DNA of 64,000 bases from Clavelina lepadiformis (taxonomy: Eukaryota). How positions within the stretch are numbered: position 1 is the stretch's first letter; each line of letters opens with the position of its first letter. The translations under genes were made by a program, and so were the position numbers. Below, piece by piece: positions 35,406 to 46,202 of this stretch. Where the stretch lies: contig NC_135246.1 of NCBI RefSeq assembly GCF_947623445.1, positions 18,964,288 through 19,028,287 on the forward strand, written 5' to 3'. The notes under the pieces are model-generated. The model saw only the letters and a program-made list of their open reading frames with translations. It made no database searches and was not told the DNA's origin.

Positions 35406-37402
35406 GGATCATGTTGTGAGCTCAGATGAAAGATATTCTGAACATGAAAGATCGTCATCATCATTTGATTTTGATTCAGCGGCTATGTGGGGTCTGTCTA
35501 GTAGTGCTTCTTATTCAGAGGCCTCTTCTTCACACTCCGATCCTTCATCATCTTCCCCTCTTAGAACTAATTACCGACAAAGTCGAGCTCCGCACGATTC
35601 TGAAAGCTCCGATGATGAAATGGGATTCTGTGTGGTGGATTGCTTCATGGATGTTTGTCCCACTCCGGTGGTCATTGATGCAGGAAGCGACTCTGTGAAG
35701 TTGGGTTACGCTGGGAAGCCTGCTCCGGAGGCTTCCATCCCGACCATCGTTGGAAGACCGCGGCACAAAGGTGTGATGGTTGGTATGGGACAGAAAGATT
35801 CTTATGTTGGGTCAGAGATTGATGACAGCAGAGTTAGAGAATTTAGCCCGGACGCCATTTCAAGTTCGAAACGTTTCAAGAAGATGAGGAAGAAATTAAG
35901 TGCTTTCTCGAAAGCATCTTCAGCTCGAGATGTGGTGCCTGATGGCAATAACAGAAGGTCAAGATCAAGAAGCAGATCCAGGGAGAGAAGAAGCTCAAAA
36001 GATTCACCAAATGTGGATTATCTTCGAGATATGATGTCGAACGCGATGAGTTCAATGCTGCAGCGATCAGCTGATGATGAACTGCAAGATAAATCTTCTC
36101 CAGTTTACATCCCAACAAGTCCAAGTTTTGCTCAAATTGAGAAATTGGAGCCAACGGTTGAATGTGATTTGTTATCCGATGAGCCGCTGGAAGCCCAGAC
36201 GAAAGATATTTCTCCATGGAAGGCTCTAAATGCAGAAGACAAGTTGGCTGAAGGTCCGGCAACATTCGGTGCTGCACAAGCTCACACCAGGTTTAATGAC
36301 CAACCACTGTCGCCACCAAAAGCAGATTTATCCTCAAGTATACCAGCCTTATTTCTATCCTCACGCCGTGTACAGGGTGATCCTGTGCCTGGTCTGACTC
36401 AGTCTTTTGGTGTCCGACCGCCATTGGCAGGAGGGGTGTCTGGGCAGTTGTTTGGGGCTTCTTCGCAGAACCAAGTAGTATTTGATAACTCAAGCGTTTC
36501 ACAATCGTCAGGGAATTTCGGGGGATTTGGTGCATTACGTGCAGCAAACATTCCTGCTGGGCTGTTTGGAGCCAAATCACGATCTCCGACCCAGCATGTT
36601 AATTCTTTGGCTGCACCGCATTCACCACCAGCATCTTTGGAGGAAGAGTCCATGGAGGTATCGTGGGAATCTGCCTCAAAACCTGTGCAACCCCAACTAG
36701 AGAGTGACTTGTTATTTGATGTTTCTCTGGCTGCGCCACCACCACCTCCTCCTCCAACATCTTTCTCATCTGATGTTCCACCACCTCCTGGAGCCTTTGC
36801 CCCTCCACCTCCACTAGCCCGAGGATTCAGTGGATCATCATCACGACGGCCTCCACCGCGTCGTAACCGATTATCACCACAAGAAAGAGAGACCAGGTTA
36901 TGCGAAGAAACGCCAGAAATTGCGAATCAATATCGTCCTCCAGCCGCGACTACATTCAATGCTGCATCATACTATCCACAGAAAACAATGCTTACCAAAT
37001 CCATAGAGAACTTTACTCCACCTCATCCTAAGCTGACTGAGGAACCAGACTCACTCAAGGCGTCCACATCACCGAGTGTAGTGTCAACACCAGCATTAGA
37101 AAGCATATTTGGAACAGAAATTTTTACAACGACACGGGCACGACGAAAGACCTCTTTATTGGCTGAATTGTGTCCAGATAAACAGAAACTATCCGTGGAG
37201 AGTAATCGTCGAATGCGAAGGTCAAGACGACGTTTAACAAGCGTTGCAGGAAACTGCCCAAGCATCATCGGAGAATTACTTAACTTGGCACCGCCTAATC
37301 CTTCTCAGTTGCTGACCAGGATTACTGGAGATGTTTTTTCACGTTTATCTTCAGAGGATGTTCGCTTAATGGCCGTAGAACTTGGAAAGTTCGAGCAGGT
37401 TC
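35406..37402 (+). CDS. PARP4: PARP4 large low-complexity exon (~2 kb; Ser/Pro/Arg-rich). It contains an actin N-terminal-like segment at about 35626-35830 and a polyproline stretch ([27 protein letters not shown]). The 3' boundary is unresolved: donor at 37398, donor at 37402, or the stop at 37435
   Basis: 672-codon open frame in an AT-rich genome; in frame with the upstream exon through acceptor ctgcag at 35405; resembles the human PARP4 S/P-rich region (…SKRKHRKIPFSKRKMELS… vs [18 protein letters not shown]). Confidence 0.55.
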
Positions 37403-37766
37403 GTTCGACTTCTTTCTATTTATCTTCAACATGAAAGGAAACTTTGTTTTACAGTGTTTTCATGCTTTTTATCACTATATTTTCAATCATATTGTTCACT
37501 ATTTCTTTCAATTATGTTATGTGTTAAATCTGATATTTAAGACATTAATTTATTTCATACTTTTGTTCAATAATCTTGCCGTTGTCTCCGACACAGGGCC
37601 ATAGTTTTTGGTTTCTTCCCTTGTCAGATGAGAGGTTTGAGAAAGTAACGGTGAGTTGCAGAAATGTACTCAAGGAAGTTGGCGCATTATCACTGGGTAG
37701 GAAAAAAGAAAATGTATAGACTTGTCCTTGCATCATTTATTAATGTTAGTCGTGAATTTCTGACAG

Positions 37767-37831
37767 GAGAAAAGATTTATGCCACCTTGTGGAAGATGAT
37801 ATGCACTGCTTTTGTGATTTGGGCTCTCCAG
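37767..37831 (+). CDS. PARP4: PARP4 C-terminal exon (EKIYATLWKMICTAFVIWALQ; compare human LLDLIATMLVLQFIRTRLE)
   Basis: acceptor ttctgacag; donor CAG|gtactt. Confidence 0.5.
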
Positions 37832-37978
37832 GTACTTTGGTCAAATATTAAACATTGAGTATTTTTGTTTGAAAACCCATTTTTATAGCCGGAAGTCATT
37901 GGGTGTAATGTTCATTAATACATCATTAAAATGTGGGTTCGCAAACGTAACAATACAATTTTTGATTTCTGCTGGCAG

Positions 37979-38099
37979 CTTGCAGTCAGTATGAATGTGT
38001 TATATAACACCACGGTTGAAGAAATGTTAACGGTTGCTCAAAGTTGGCTCAAGAAACAAGACAGTGAGACTCCGAGCTTACATTTCAGGCTTGAACTTG
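37979..38099 (+). CDS. PARP4: PARP4 C-terminal exon (LAVSMNVLYNTTVEEMLTVAQSWLKKQDSETPSLHFRLEL)
   Basis: compare human IPWAFEAIKQASEWVRRTEGQYPSICPRLEL; donor TTG|gtaaga. Confidence 0.65.
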
Positions 38100-38727
38100 G
38101 TAAGAACTTCACTGTCTCAAGTAAATTTATTGCAGAAGACTTCGATGGACAAAGAAATTACAAAGCTTTTATATTAAATATAAAATATTTTTATATAAAT
38201 TACAAAGTTGTATTTTTCCTATTTTTGACGTTTGTTATGCCGGAACAAATGACAAAATCACAGTGATGTAACGTAGGGTTTTTAAACTATTTTTGTTCGT
38301 GGCCCCTTCATTCTGCTAGGAAATATGCATGTGACCTTATTGTACAGCATATAAAAGGCATAAACCACCCAATCTTTAACGAACCTTCCAACTTTCCTCA
38401 CATATTGATTCCATTTAATGATGTCATAATCACCACCAAACAAATTTAAAAGGTGCTTCAAACCTGCAACACAGTTTTGATCATAATTATTTAACAAGTA
38501 GGCCTGGGAAAAATTCTTAGCTTAATACGTATTAGAAACCTTCTTTGAAATTTGGTGAACTTGTTTCTGCAAAGCCTCCGCAAGACAACATTTTTGCAAC
38601 TTTAACTTCATATATTAGGTTTAAGAAAGCCCCGATGTAAAGCATCAAAGTATGGAATGTATTGTTCACCGAATGTATAAACCAGTGTGCAATGTTATGC
38701 TGTAATATTATTTTTTCTCATCCACAG

Positions 38728-38846
38728 GTAGCAAATGGGAGGAGGCAGCTTTAAACTTCTTTTCAATGGTTATATCCGACGTCAACGATTCTGACAGTGT
38801 CATATCGGAAATGACGAGACTGGCTAAACTTTTGATCAAGAAATAG
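38728..38846 (+). CDS. PARP4: PARP4 last exon (GSKWEEAALNFFSMVISDVNDSDSVISEMTRLAKLLIKK*)
   Basis: compare human GNDWDSATKQLLGLQPISTVSPLHRVL; phase-1 join; TAG stop at 38844-38846. Confidence 0.65.
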
Positions 38847-40772
38847 AGAAAGTCCCTGTCCGGAAAACCTTGATATTTCGACTTACGTTAGAAAAATCAA
38901 CTTCAAACATAGAATATGGAGTTAATTAACTGAATGAGCTTTCTACTGGAACGATCTTGTATAAATCAAAGGCTTTTAAATCCAGGACGCAAAGTCATTA
39001 TGTCTGTCTCCAAAACAAGTTTGATCTCAATCTCAGCAAATTGCAATGAAGTCAAACAGCATTATTGTTTGTCATTATTATGATTTTGTGTGTATTTTAT
39101 CCCACGGACTTTCGTTTGAAATATTATCAAATAAAAATAATTTTTTAAAATTAGCCATCAGATTCAGTGCGATATTTTGAAATGGAAATACATGCTTTTG
39201 ATGTAGTTTATTATATCACTACTCTCACACTGGTTGTATTTGTACAAAATCTCAGATACCTTACTCATACGTATGTAAATGTGTGTGTAACTGTGTTTAG
39301 TAAGTATATTTGTGCAAGTAGTTTGAAGCTTATACAAAGTTTTTAGCAGTAGTTGTAGTAGCATTGTTATCGTATCCTAGGTGTGATTAAATCGCCTATA
39401 TCTGAGGTGTGATTAAATCGCCTTCCAGACTGTAAACACAGTTCTGGTAAAATGAAGCTCAAGTGTTATCTTATATAATGCCAGATTTAATCTGCTCTTA
39501 TGCACTTGTTCATTGTAGCCTTATTTTTATGCATTTGTTTATGGTGTTTTAATTTCCAAGGTATTGTGTACATTTCCTAAATTTCTTATCCAGGCACTTG
39601 TAAGTTTAAGCTTGATTGTAGTAGGTCTGTATATTTCTGTGTGAAAATTATTTTGAGTTCTCTATCATTGATAATATCACTCAAATAATTAAAATATGCA
39701 GCTTGTATCAATCATGTGAATGTCATTACCAGGTGCGCGCTCATATTACTCTACTATTAAAACACTTTGATGTTTTAAACTACTGGTGGTCTTCAACGTT
39801 TCTTAAACTTAACGAGCATCTGCTTACCGTACCAAATCCCATATGCATGCATTCTCACTATGTGCTTTGCCAGAAAGCAAAGCAGTTTATTTGCAATCTT
39901 CCCTGTAAATTAAATTGTAGCTTTTTATTCGGGGAATTACGTAGTATTTTAAATGGATTGGAATGGCATCCATGCGAAATTTACATACATACTCACTTGG
40001 TAAACTTTGAATTTTAACAATGAATCAAATCAGCTTCATAAGATACTATTTACTACTAGACCAGTTAAAAATAGTTACTACACAGCAAGTTACGCATGAG
40101 CGAGTACGATTTAAATGGTGTTGCTAATTGTTTGGTCAACATTATTATCACTGCTCAAACATTTCTAATGAACAGGAAAGTTAAAAATTTTTGTAAAGTG
40201 ACATCTCTCACCATATTATTTGAACACCTAGACAGGATAACAATCTTTTATATGATTTCCACATTTATAATCTAAAAACAGTTGCACGTAATAATTTCAT
40301 CTACAGACATTTTATCAATCCATTTTATATCAAACAATGATATGTACTATTAAATATACTTGTGACATCATAAAGAAACCTGATAAAAGCTCTAGTGGCA
40401 ATTTTAACATTCCTCAAATGAGTGCAACAGGACATCGTGAAAGAGCAGACAATAGAAATCATACTCTGACTAATTATGACAGAAATGGCGAGAACACAAT
40501 GATTTACTGCATAGCAGTAGCGCCGCAACCAATAAAAAGCTAAAAACGGAAGAAATTGCACAGGTAGACAATTCATTGACAAATTAATTTGCAGATCAGT
40601 GGTAACACATTAACCCAACAACTTTCAGTTCATGGACTAAGTGCCCATCACAATTTTAAAATCAATTTTTCTCATTTTGGAGAGTTTTCTATTGATTTTA
40701 TGAGCAGCTCAGTATTTGTAAAAAATATAAATGAAATGCAAAATGTTAGATTTGACCTTTGAGAAATGATCA

Positions 40773-41111
40773 TCATCTTCCTAGTCGCCTTCCTCCTCCT
40801 GTCTGCCCTCTTCCTGGTCCACCACTAGGTCCTCTGCTTCTCGGAGGTGCGTTATCTGTCCTTTGCTGACTTGATTTTACAACAAAATACAGTAGTCCGA
40901 GAAACAGGAGCCCGGGAAGCCCGACAAAGATGAGCACCAGCAATGCAGCGACCGTCATAATCGGTTCAACTGTGTGCGACCCTATGTTCCATCTTGGTAT
41001 GCCAACTTGTAGAAGTTTCTGATTCCAGGTATCAAAGATCGTTGGCCCTCCTTGATAGGCGTCGTTTTGTCTGTAGTTGCCCTCCTGTTGTTCATCCCTG
41101 TTCACGCCTCC
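40773..41111 (-). CDS. FAM241B: FAM241 (DUF4605) family small single-pass membrane protein, exon 2 (GGVNRDEQQEGNYRQNDAYQGGPTIFDTWNQKLLQVGIPRWNIGSHTVEPIMTVAALLVLIFVGLPGLLFLGLLYFVVKSS…*)
   Basis: pattern matches my recollection of human FAM241B (…FNDLNRQLVNMGFPQWHLGNHAVEPVTSILLLFLLMMLGVRGLLLVGLVYLV…); acceptor ttcttag. Confidence 0.55.
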   Translation of the reverse strand, partial: GGVNRDEQQEGNYRQNDAYQGGPTIFDTWNQKLLQVGIPRWNIGSHTVEPIMTVAALLVLIFVGLPGLLFLGLLYFVVKSSQQRTDNAPPRSRGPSGGPGRGQTGGGRRLGR

Positions 41112-41394
41112 CTAAGAATGTTAAAATTTTGACGTCAGCAACTGTGCAAGTAATGTAAGACATGTGCTACGTAAATGAATCTAACTTTTAAGCTAGATCA
41201 CAATATTACACATGAAGCATATGTGCTGTTTGCATGAAAACAAAACTGGATCAAATATATGATTCAGTGAACATTGTTTCCAATGAAACTCCCTGTAACT
41301 AGTAAACGAAAAAATTGTAAAACACTCTGAAGTGGAATATGCTGTGCAAGATACATGAACTGGTAAATTTTGCACAACATTAGATATTACTTAC

Positions 41395-41481
41395 AATTCT
41401 TGAAGTAGAACTGGTTGGAGTTCTTCTAATTCTAGGATCGTCATCCTGCACAATCTCACCATTTGCTAAAATACGAACCAT
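41395..41481 (-). CDS. FAM241B: FAM241-like exon 1 (MVRILANGEIVQDDDPRIRRTPTSSTSRI)
   Basis: ATG at 41479-41481 (minus); N-terminus MVRILANGEIVQDDDP as I recall it for FAM241B; donor ATT|gtaagt. Confidence 0.55.
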
Positions 41482-41991
41482 TCTATATGATAACTTTTAG
41501 TTTCTGAAAAAGAATTTAAGGGTTAAGGATAGTGTTTTTCAACCCTTAGAAAGACACTTTGTTTTATCACAAACATCTCATTTGGACATCCAACCAGTGA
41601 TGCAGATGAGTAGTCATAAAATCAAAATAAACTGCTAATAATGCAACAGAAATTTTTAAATGCCAAGTATTAACTGAAAAACTACGAGTATGAAATTGTA
41701 TAAAAATGAGAGATTTAATGATATAGGGTTTTTATCCACAATAGCATTCCCCATACGCACCAGTGCATTTGATGATATAGACAAGTAAGAAAAGAAATAA
41801 TTATGCTTAAACTGATAAACTGCCTCTGGTGCGAAACAAGGGCATAAAATACAATTAAAGTTTAAAAAATTATTAACAGAATCTGCTAACACAGCACATT
41901 CCTTAAAATAGCTTTAAGTTGTGCCTTGTAATTAGCATTACGTTCGACAAACTGTTTTACATGTGTCATTTATTACCATTACAGATCCATT

Positions 41992-43620
41992 TCAAAAATT
42001 ATCATTTTCTTGAGCAGTGTGGTTCTGGTTTCTTTCCCAAATTTCCACTTCTTTAACCATTTCATCATCAGAGAGTTCATTAAAACTATTTTTTAATCTC
42101 TCCTTGACGGCTTCGGGAAATGGAATGGGATCAGATCTGTAATTCCTGCATTCATAATCATGACATTTCTGATAGCAATACATTGTTTTTAGGTTGGCCA
42201 CGTATAAGATTCCATTGCTTTTATGTTCACGACCAATGTTTCCACAATACCTTGTTCCTGTGATTTCATATGATATGGTTTTGGTGGTTGGGAAATACCT
42301 TTGCATACGCACGAAGGCATCCGAATTAAATTGTTTTATTAGGTCAGTCACAAACGCATGTAGCTCCTTGAATGGTACGTCAGTGTCATTGTCTTCTGGT
42401 ATACATGACTCGTCATACTCAATGTTATGCGATGTTCCACTGACCAATTGGGAATTTTTATAAGGTGAAACATATGCGTTTGATTTTTTATCGTGTTCAG
42501 GCATTTCTAGTATTGTTAAATCATCACGATTAAAAACATTTGTTATAAACGAAGAAAAGAATATAAGTTCATCTCTACATTGAGTGAGCCCACCGTTTAA
42601 CTTCTTGGTTTTGCTTGGGGACATCATGTGATGCATGTGATGTGATGTGTGCATCATGTGATGCATGCAACAAGTTGTTCTGATGTTGACCGGTTCAAAG
42701 GGAAATTGACAATTCTCAGAAAGCTCCAACTCTCGAATTTTTCCTTTTTTACTGGAATGAAATAAACGGAAATTTCGATTGTTTGAATAAACAGATTGAT
42801 CAACGAATAATTGTTTTTCACCACTAGAACTTGTCACCAAAAGGTTGCTCAAGTCATCTGCATGGTCTAAAGAAGTTATCCAATGTTTGGCAATAGCATC
42901 AACATCACTAGATACGTCATTTTTCAGCTTAAGATAAGACAGCAGATCACAACAGATTTTTTTAACAAAGTTTCCAGCTTCCAAATTATTTTTAAAAGCT
43001 GCATTAGGTACATGCCAGATAAGATGTTGACTAAACTTGGTTTCTGTAGTGGAGTCCAATTCTACAACGTTTCGCCTTGAACAATTGACTTTAAATTCAT
43101 TGTACAGACATTTGCAAGTGTATGTGACCCACATTTGTATCATTGACTCTGTGTTTTTTGTCTTGTTCAAAGTCTTATCAAATTCCAGGTCAAAGTAGAG
43201 ATGACACAGAGCTCCTGATTGGATAAGCTCATAAAAATGTCTCTTTCCTTGAGCCATCTGAATGTAATACGACCAGAATTCTTCCAGACTTGCCACAACA
43301 TAACGCCTGGCCCCAGGTCTTGAGTTATCAATTTCGAAAGAAAACACAAAAGCATGTTGGTGCTTCTGAGTTTTTGCATAATCTATAGCATCGCTTTGTT
43401 TGTAAAATAGTTTCCACAATGGCGGTGGCAACCACACATCTGACAATCTTGGTTTGTAGGTCATTTTTACTGGATTCTCCTGATAATCTTTCATCCGCTT
43501 TTCAATATTGCACTGGTGTTTAGTTTTCAACTTTTTTATCATGGCGCCAACACAGAGCTTTCTATAACAAATTTTGCTAACATTAAAACAACAAAAGGTC
43601 CACGATTTCAACATCGTCAT
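41992..43620 (-). CDS. PRIMPOL: DNA-directed primase/polymerase PrimPol, apparently intronless (542 aa)
   Basis: archaeo-eukaryotic primase motifs: motif I CHLYFDLEF (DxE), motif II KFSQHLIWHV (SxH), motif III NFRLFHSSKKGK; UL52-like Zn finger CGNIGREHKSNGILYVANLKTMYCYQKCHDYEC; acidic C-terminal tail; colinear with human PRIMPOL. Confidence 0.85.
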   Translation of the reverse strand: MTMLKSWTFCCFNVSKICYRKLCVGAMIKKLKTKHQCNIEKRMKDYQENPVKMTYKPRLSDVWLPPPLWKLFYKQSDAIDYAKTQKHQHAFVFSFEIDNSRPGARRYVVASLEEFWSYYIQMAQGKRHFYELIQSGALCHLYFDLEFDKTLNKTKNTESMIQMWVTYTCKCLYNEFKVNCSRRNVVELDSTTETKFSQHLIWHVPNAAFKNNLEAGNFVKKICCDLLSYLKLKNDVSSDVDAIAKHWITSLDHADDLSNLLVTSSSGEKQLFVDQSVYSNNRNFRLFHSSKKGKIRELELSENCQFPFEPVNIRTTCCMHHMMHTSHHMHHMMSPSKTKKLNGGLTQCRDELIFFSSFITNVFNRDDLTILEMPEHDKKSNAYVSPYKNSQLVSGTSHNIEYDESCIPEDNDTDVPFKELHAFVTDLIKQFNSDAFVRMQRYFPTTKTISYEITGTRYCGNIGREHKSNGILYVANLKTMYCYQKCHDYECRNYRSDPIPFPEAVKERLKNSFNELSDDEMVKEVEIWERNQNHTAQENDNF

Positions 43621-44478
43621 TTAGATCTATAAAAAGTGTCAGTGCTATTTTATGTGTGTTCAACTAGTGTATCTGCTACAGTGAAAAGCATGGCAACTGC
43701 ATTCCCATGTAATTTTGAGAGTATGCTTCTCGAAACACTAATACGCAAGACTATTAGCAACACTATTCTACTTCTACAGAAGTCACAAAATTAGGACTAT
43801 TCCATGAAATGTGGGACAAAATTACTAAAAAATAAAGTTTGAATAAATTTGGATCTCACTAAAAACCTGAAACGAAGAAAATAGGCCTATAGTTGGAAAA
43901 CCCTGTTTTTAATTTCAGCCCTTTTGGTGTGTCCTATAAATTTCACTGCTTATTATTTAGTTGGAATCATTTTCTGTATGAGACTACGTTTTCTTTTAAG
44001 ATTAGTTTTCATCTTAGTTTAGTTTTCGTTTCTCATTAAATTAATGTAAAACTAATCCACACCGACCCCAACGCTCACTTTTTGTGACTAAATTTGAATG
44101 CTTTGTACCCAATACTTTGAAAAGGTTGTTTAGGCTTAGCAGAGGTAATCAGAAATGAAGAGACCCTTTTAGCATGTGAGGGTATCTTTACTTAATTTAC
44201 CTGTTAAATTGTCTGATTCTATTGTTGTGTGCAGTTAGAATACTGCAAATCTTTTGTCGGCCGAAAGGTTTTAAATTACAATTACAATAGAAATGGTTTA
44301 CAAAAAAAGGTTTTCTTATAGGTGCGTCACACTTTCTCAATATAACGAATAACAGGACATAACATAAGCAATACTACTGCTTATTTATAAGATGTCTATT
44401 GAATTGCAATCACCATGGCTAGCCTGTTGATTTCAATGATTCACTCAGCTAACTCTGCCCGCTAGTAGAAGTGCGAGC

Positions 44479-44908
44479 TACTAGGGATGTGCCGCGAGGA
44501 AGATTATTCTGGTTCGTGCGAGCCCGAATGTCATGAAGGTCGACACGAACGAATTCCGAATCTATTCGTATTAGAACCAAACAATAAAATTTCATCCAAA
44601 ATTTTTCAAGTCTTGCTTGTAACATGATGTAATCGATAAACAAATCGTTTTCTTTCGAAAAATAGTGTTTAAAAAACGATTGAAAAAGCGAAATCGTTAG
44701 GAAAACCACCTTCATTGTAAGTAGTGCTGACTCTAGTTTAGCTTTGTCGGGAAACTACATCATCATTTTTAACAAAAGTCAGTAAATTTATAAGAAATAT
44801 TATATTCGGGTTTGCCATTGTTGGTATTCGTATTCGCCCGAATCTTCCATAAAGGCGATATTCGGCGAATCTATTCTTATTTGGGTTCGTATTGGCCCAT
44901 TCCTAGTA
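44479..44908. mobile_element. non-autonomous DNA transposon (MITE-like, ~430 bp) with ~15-bp imperfect TIRs tactagggatgtgcc / ggcccattcctagta and subterminal ttcgtatt…gcccgaat repeats
   Basis: terminal inverted repeats plus repeated subterminal motifs at both ends; the 88-aa minus-strand ORF 44449-44715 is not convincing as a gene. Confidence 0.4.
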
Positions 44909-46202
44909 AATACCGTGAAAGCGATGGGAGTGAAAATGCTCGACATGAAAAACGCACTCGTACCAGGTGAAGCGAGTAAAACAATGTTTAGACAACGGGA
45001 GATACATATAGTTGAAGCTGATACATTGAAACATAGATAAATAAAAATTAATCAATGTTAAGAAGCGGCCAAACGGGCCTTTCCGATAAAGATTTCTAAT
45101 AACTTATTAATAGATGCTAAAAAACAACCTGGGAACATCAATCAACCGAGCAATAATCTCAATCAATTTATTTTTGTCAAAAGCGTGGCTGGGACGAAAA
45201 ATAAAGCCAGAAGTTAATAACTCGAGCCAATAACTGGTTAAAAGTAACAAAGCCGAAAAAGCCTAAAACGGGCACAAGAAAAATGACATTAATAATTGGT
45301 GGTAACAACAAGCACGACCACAAAACCGAATTAGTTGATTCCATAAAACGAAAGTTGAAAAAGTGAAACGTAAGAAGACGGGCAAGTGGTGTGTTCAAGC
45401 AACTGATGAATGAAAATTGCTTCAATGCTGTAGCCTACATCAGCGAGTGGAAAAGAAAATCCATCCCGGGGAAGAGCCCGGTTTCTGGTGGCCATAGCAC
45501 TAATTAAGTAACGGCGTCGTTGATTAGCCCGAGTTTATACAGCAAGAATGCACAGTAATGATAATGTTTGGAAGATTAGATGACAATAGGCTACTACTTG
45601 TTATTGTCTAAGATCTCTACGATTTTTTTGAACGTCTCACGTAGGACTTTAAAAAACCTGTTCAGACCAATCAGAAGGCAACATGGTTGGTGTTACTTTC
45701 TAGCCTGGGAATTACCCTAGCAGTTGGCTTGCTTCAATGTCCCAAATCGCGTGCAGATTTAAGCTAAAAATTGGCATGAAAGGGGCTAAATATAGGTTTT
45801 TTAAGCAAAAAAATGTAGGGGAGACCCCTACATTTGTTGAAACATCGCTGTTTTAGTACTCTCCGAACATCTTTGTAAATGTTTACTGCCCCTTAGTGAT
45901 TGGCAACGATGTTATCTATTATTCTATTCACCATGTTAATTTTATTGGTTTCGGAGCAGAAGCATAAGATTGGTACACGTGTGGCAAAATAATATTTCGC
46001 CCCATTGTTTGTTTGTTTTTCGAGTGTTTTCCCACGCTTTTATTTTTGTTAGTTAATCATCAGTTAGCTTTTATTCTGTTTGTTATCACTTATCACCATG
46101 ATTTCTCTTGTCCACTGCTTTATTTCATGTTGTTTTCTTTGCCGCCTCAAGTGTTTCGATGTAGCCGAGCGCGGAATCATTGCGTGTCATTTTTCGGTTG
46201 GT

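Larger units (their letters stand above)
24304..38846 (+). other. PARP4: gene span of the vault poly(ADP-ribose) polymerase (PARP4) ortholog; about 30 exons listed below
   Basis: N-terminal BRCT, PARP catalytic (H-Y-E), VIT, vWA, a long S/P-rich exon, and a C-terminal region matching the human PARP4 tail (SLHFRLELGSKWEEAALNFF vs SICPRLELGNDWDSATKQLL). Confidence 0.85.

Noticed and set aside
35600-35850. Interpreting the actin-like block as a plain processed actin pseudogene
   Set aside because: This reading is not fully excluded. However, the block is only about 60 codons and stays in frame with a long flanking ORF. It is about 50% diverged outside the perfectly kept D-loop motif. It shows no actin similarity beyond residue ~63. 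A young pseudogene would be uniformly actin-like and longer. I kept it as a finding, not a pseudogene feature.
35426-37268. Multiple overlapping sense and antisense ORFs (35426-35698, 35548-35766, 35876-36277, 36293-36580, 36399-36653, 36599-36814, 37023-37268)
   Set aside because: They overlap the 2-kb Ser/Pro-rich PARP4 exon. The GC-richer, low-complexity sequence suppresses stop codons in other frames.
37618-37640. Micro-exon ATGAGAGGTTTGAGAAAGTAACG with good acceptor and donor, between the PARP4 large exon and its C-terminal exons
   Set aside because: Its reading phase cannot be reconciled with both neighbouring exons. It is left out of the model and flagged in the findings.
39703-40582. 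ORFs 39703-40017(+), 40325-40582(-) and 40337-40543(+) between PARP4 and the FAM241-like gene
   Set aside because: The region is AT-rich with no splice-signal support. The peptides are low-complexity and Cys/His-scattered and match no family. They are probably 3'-UTR or intergenic sequence.
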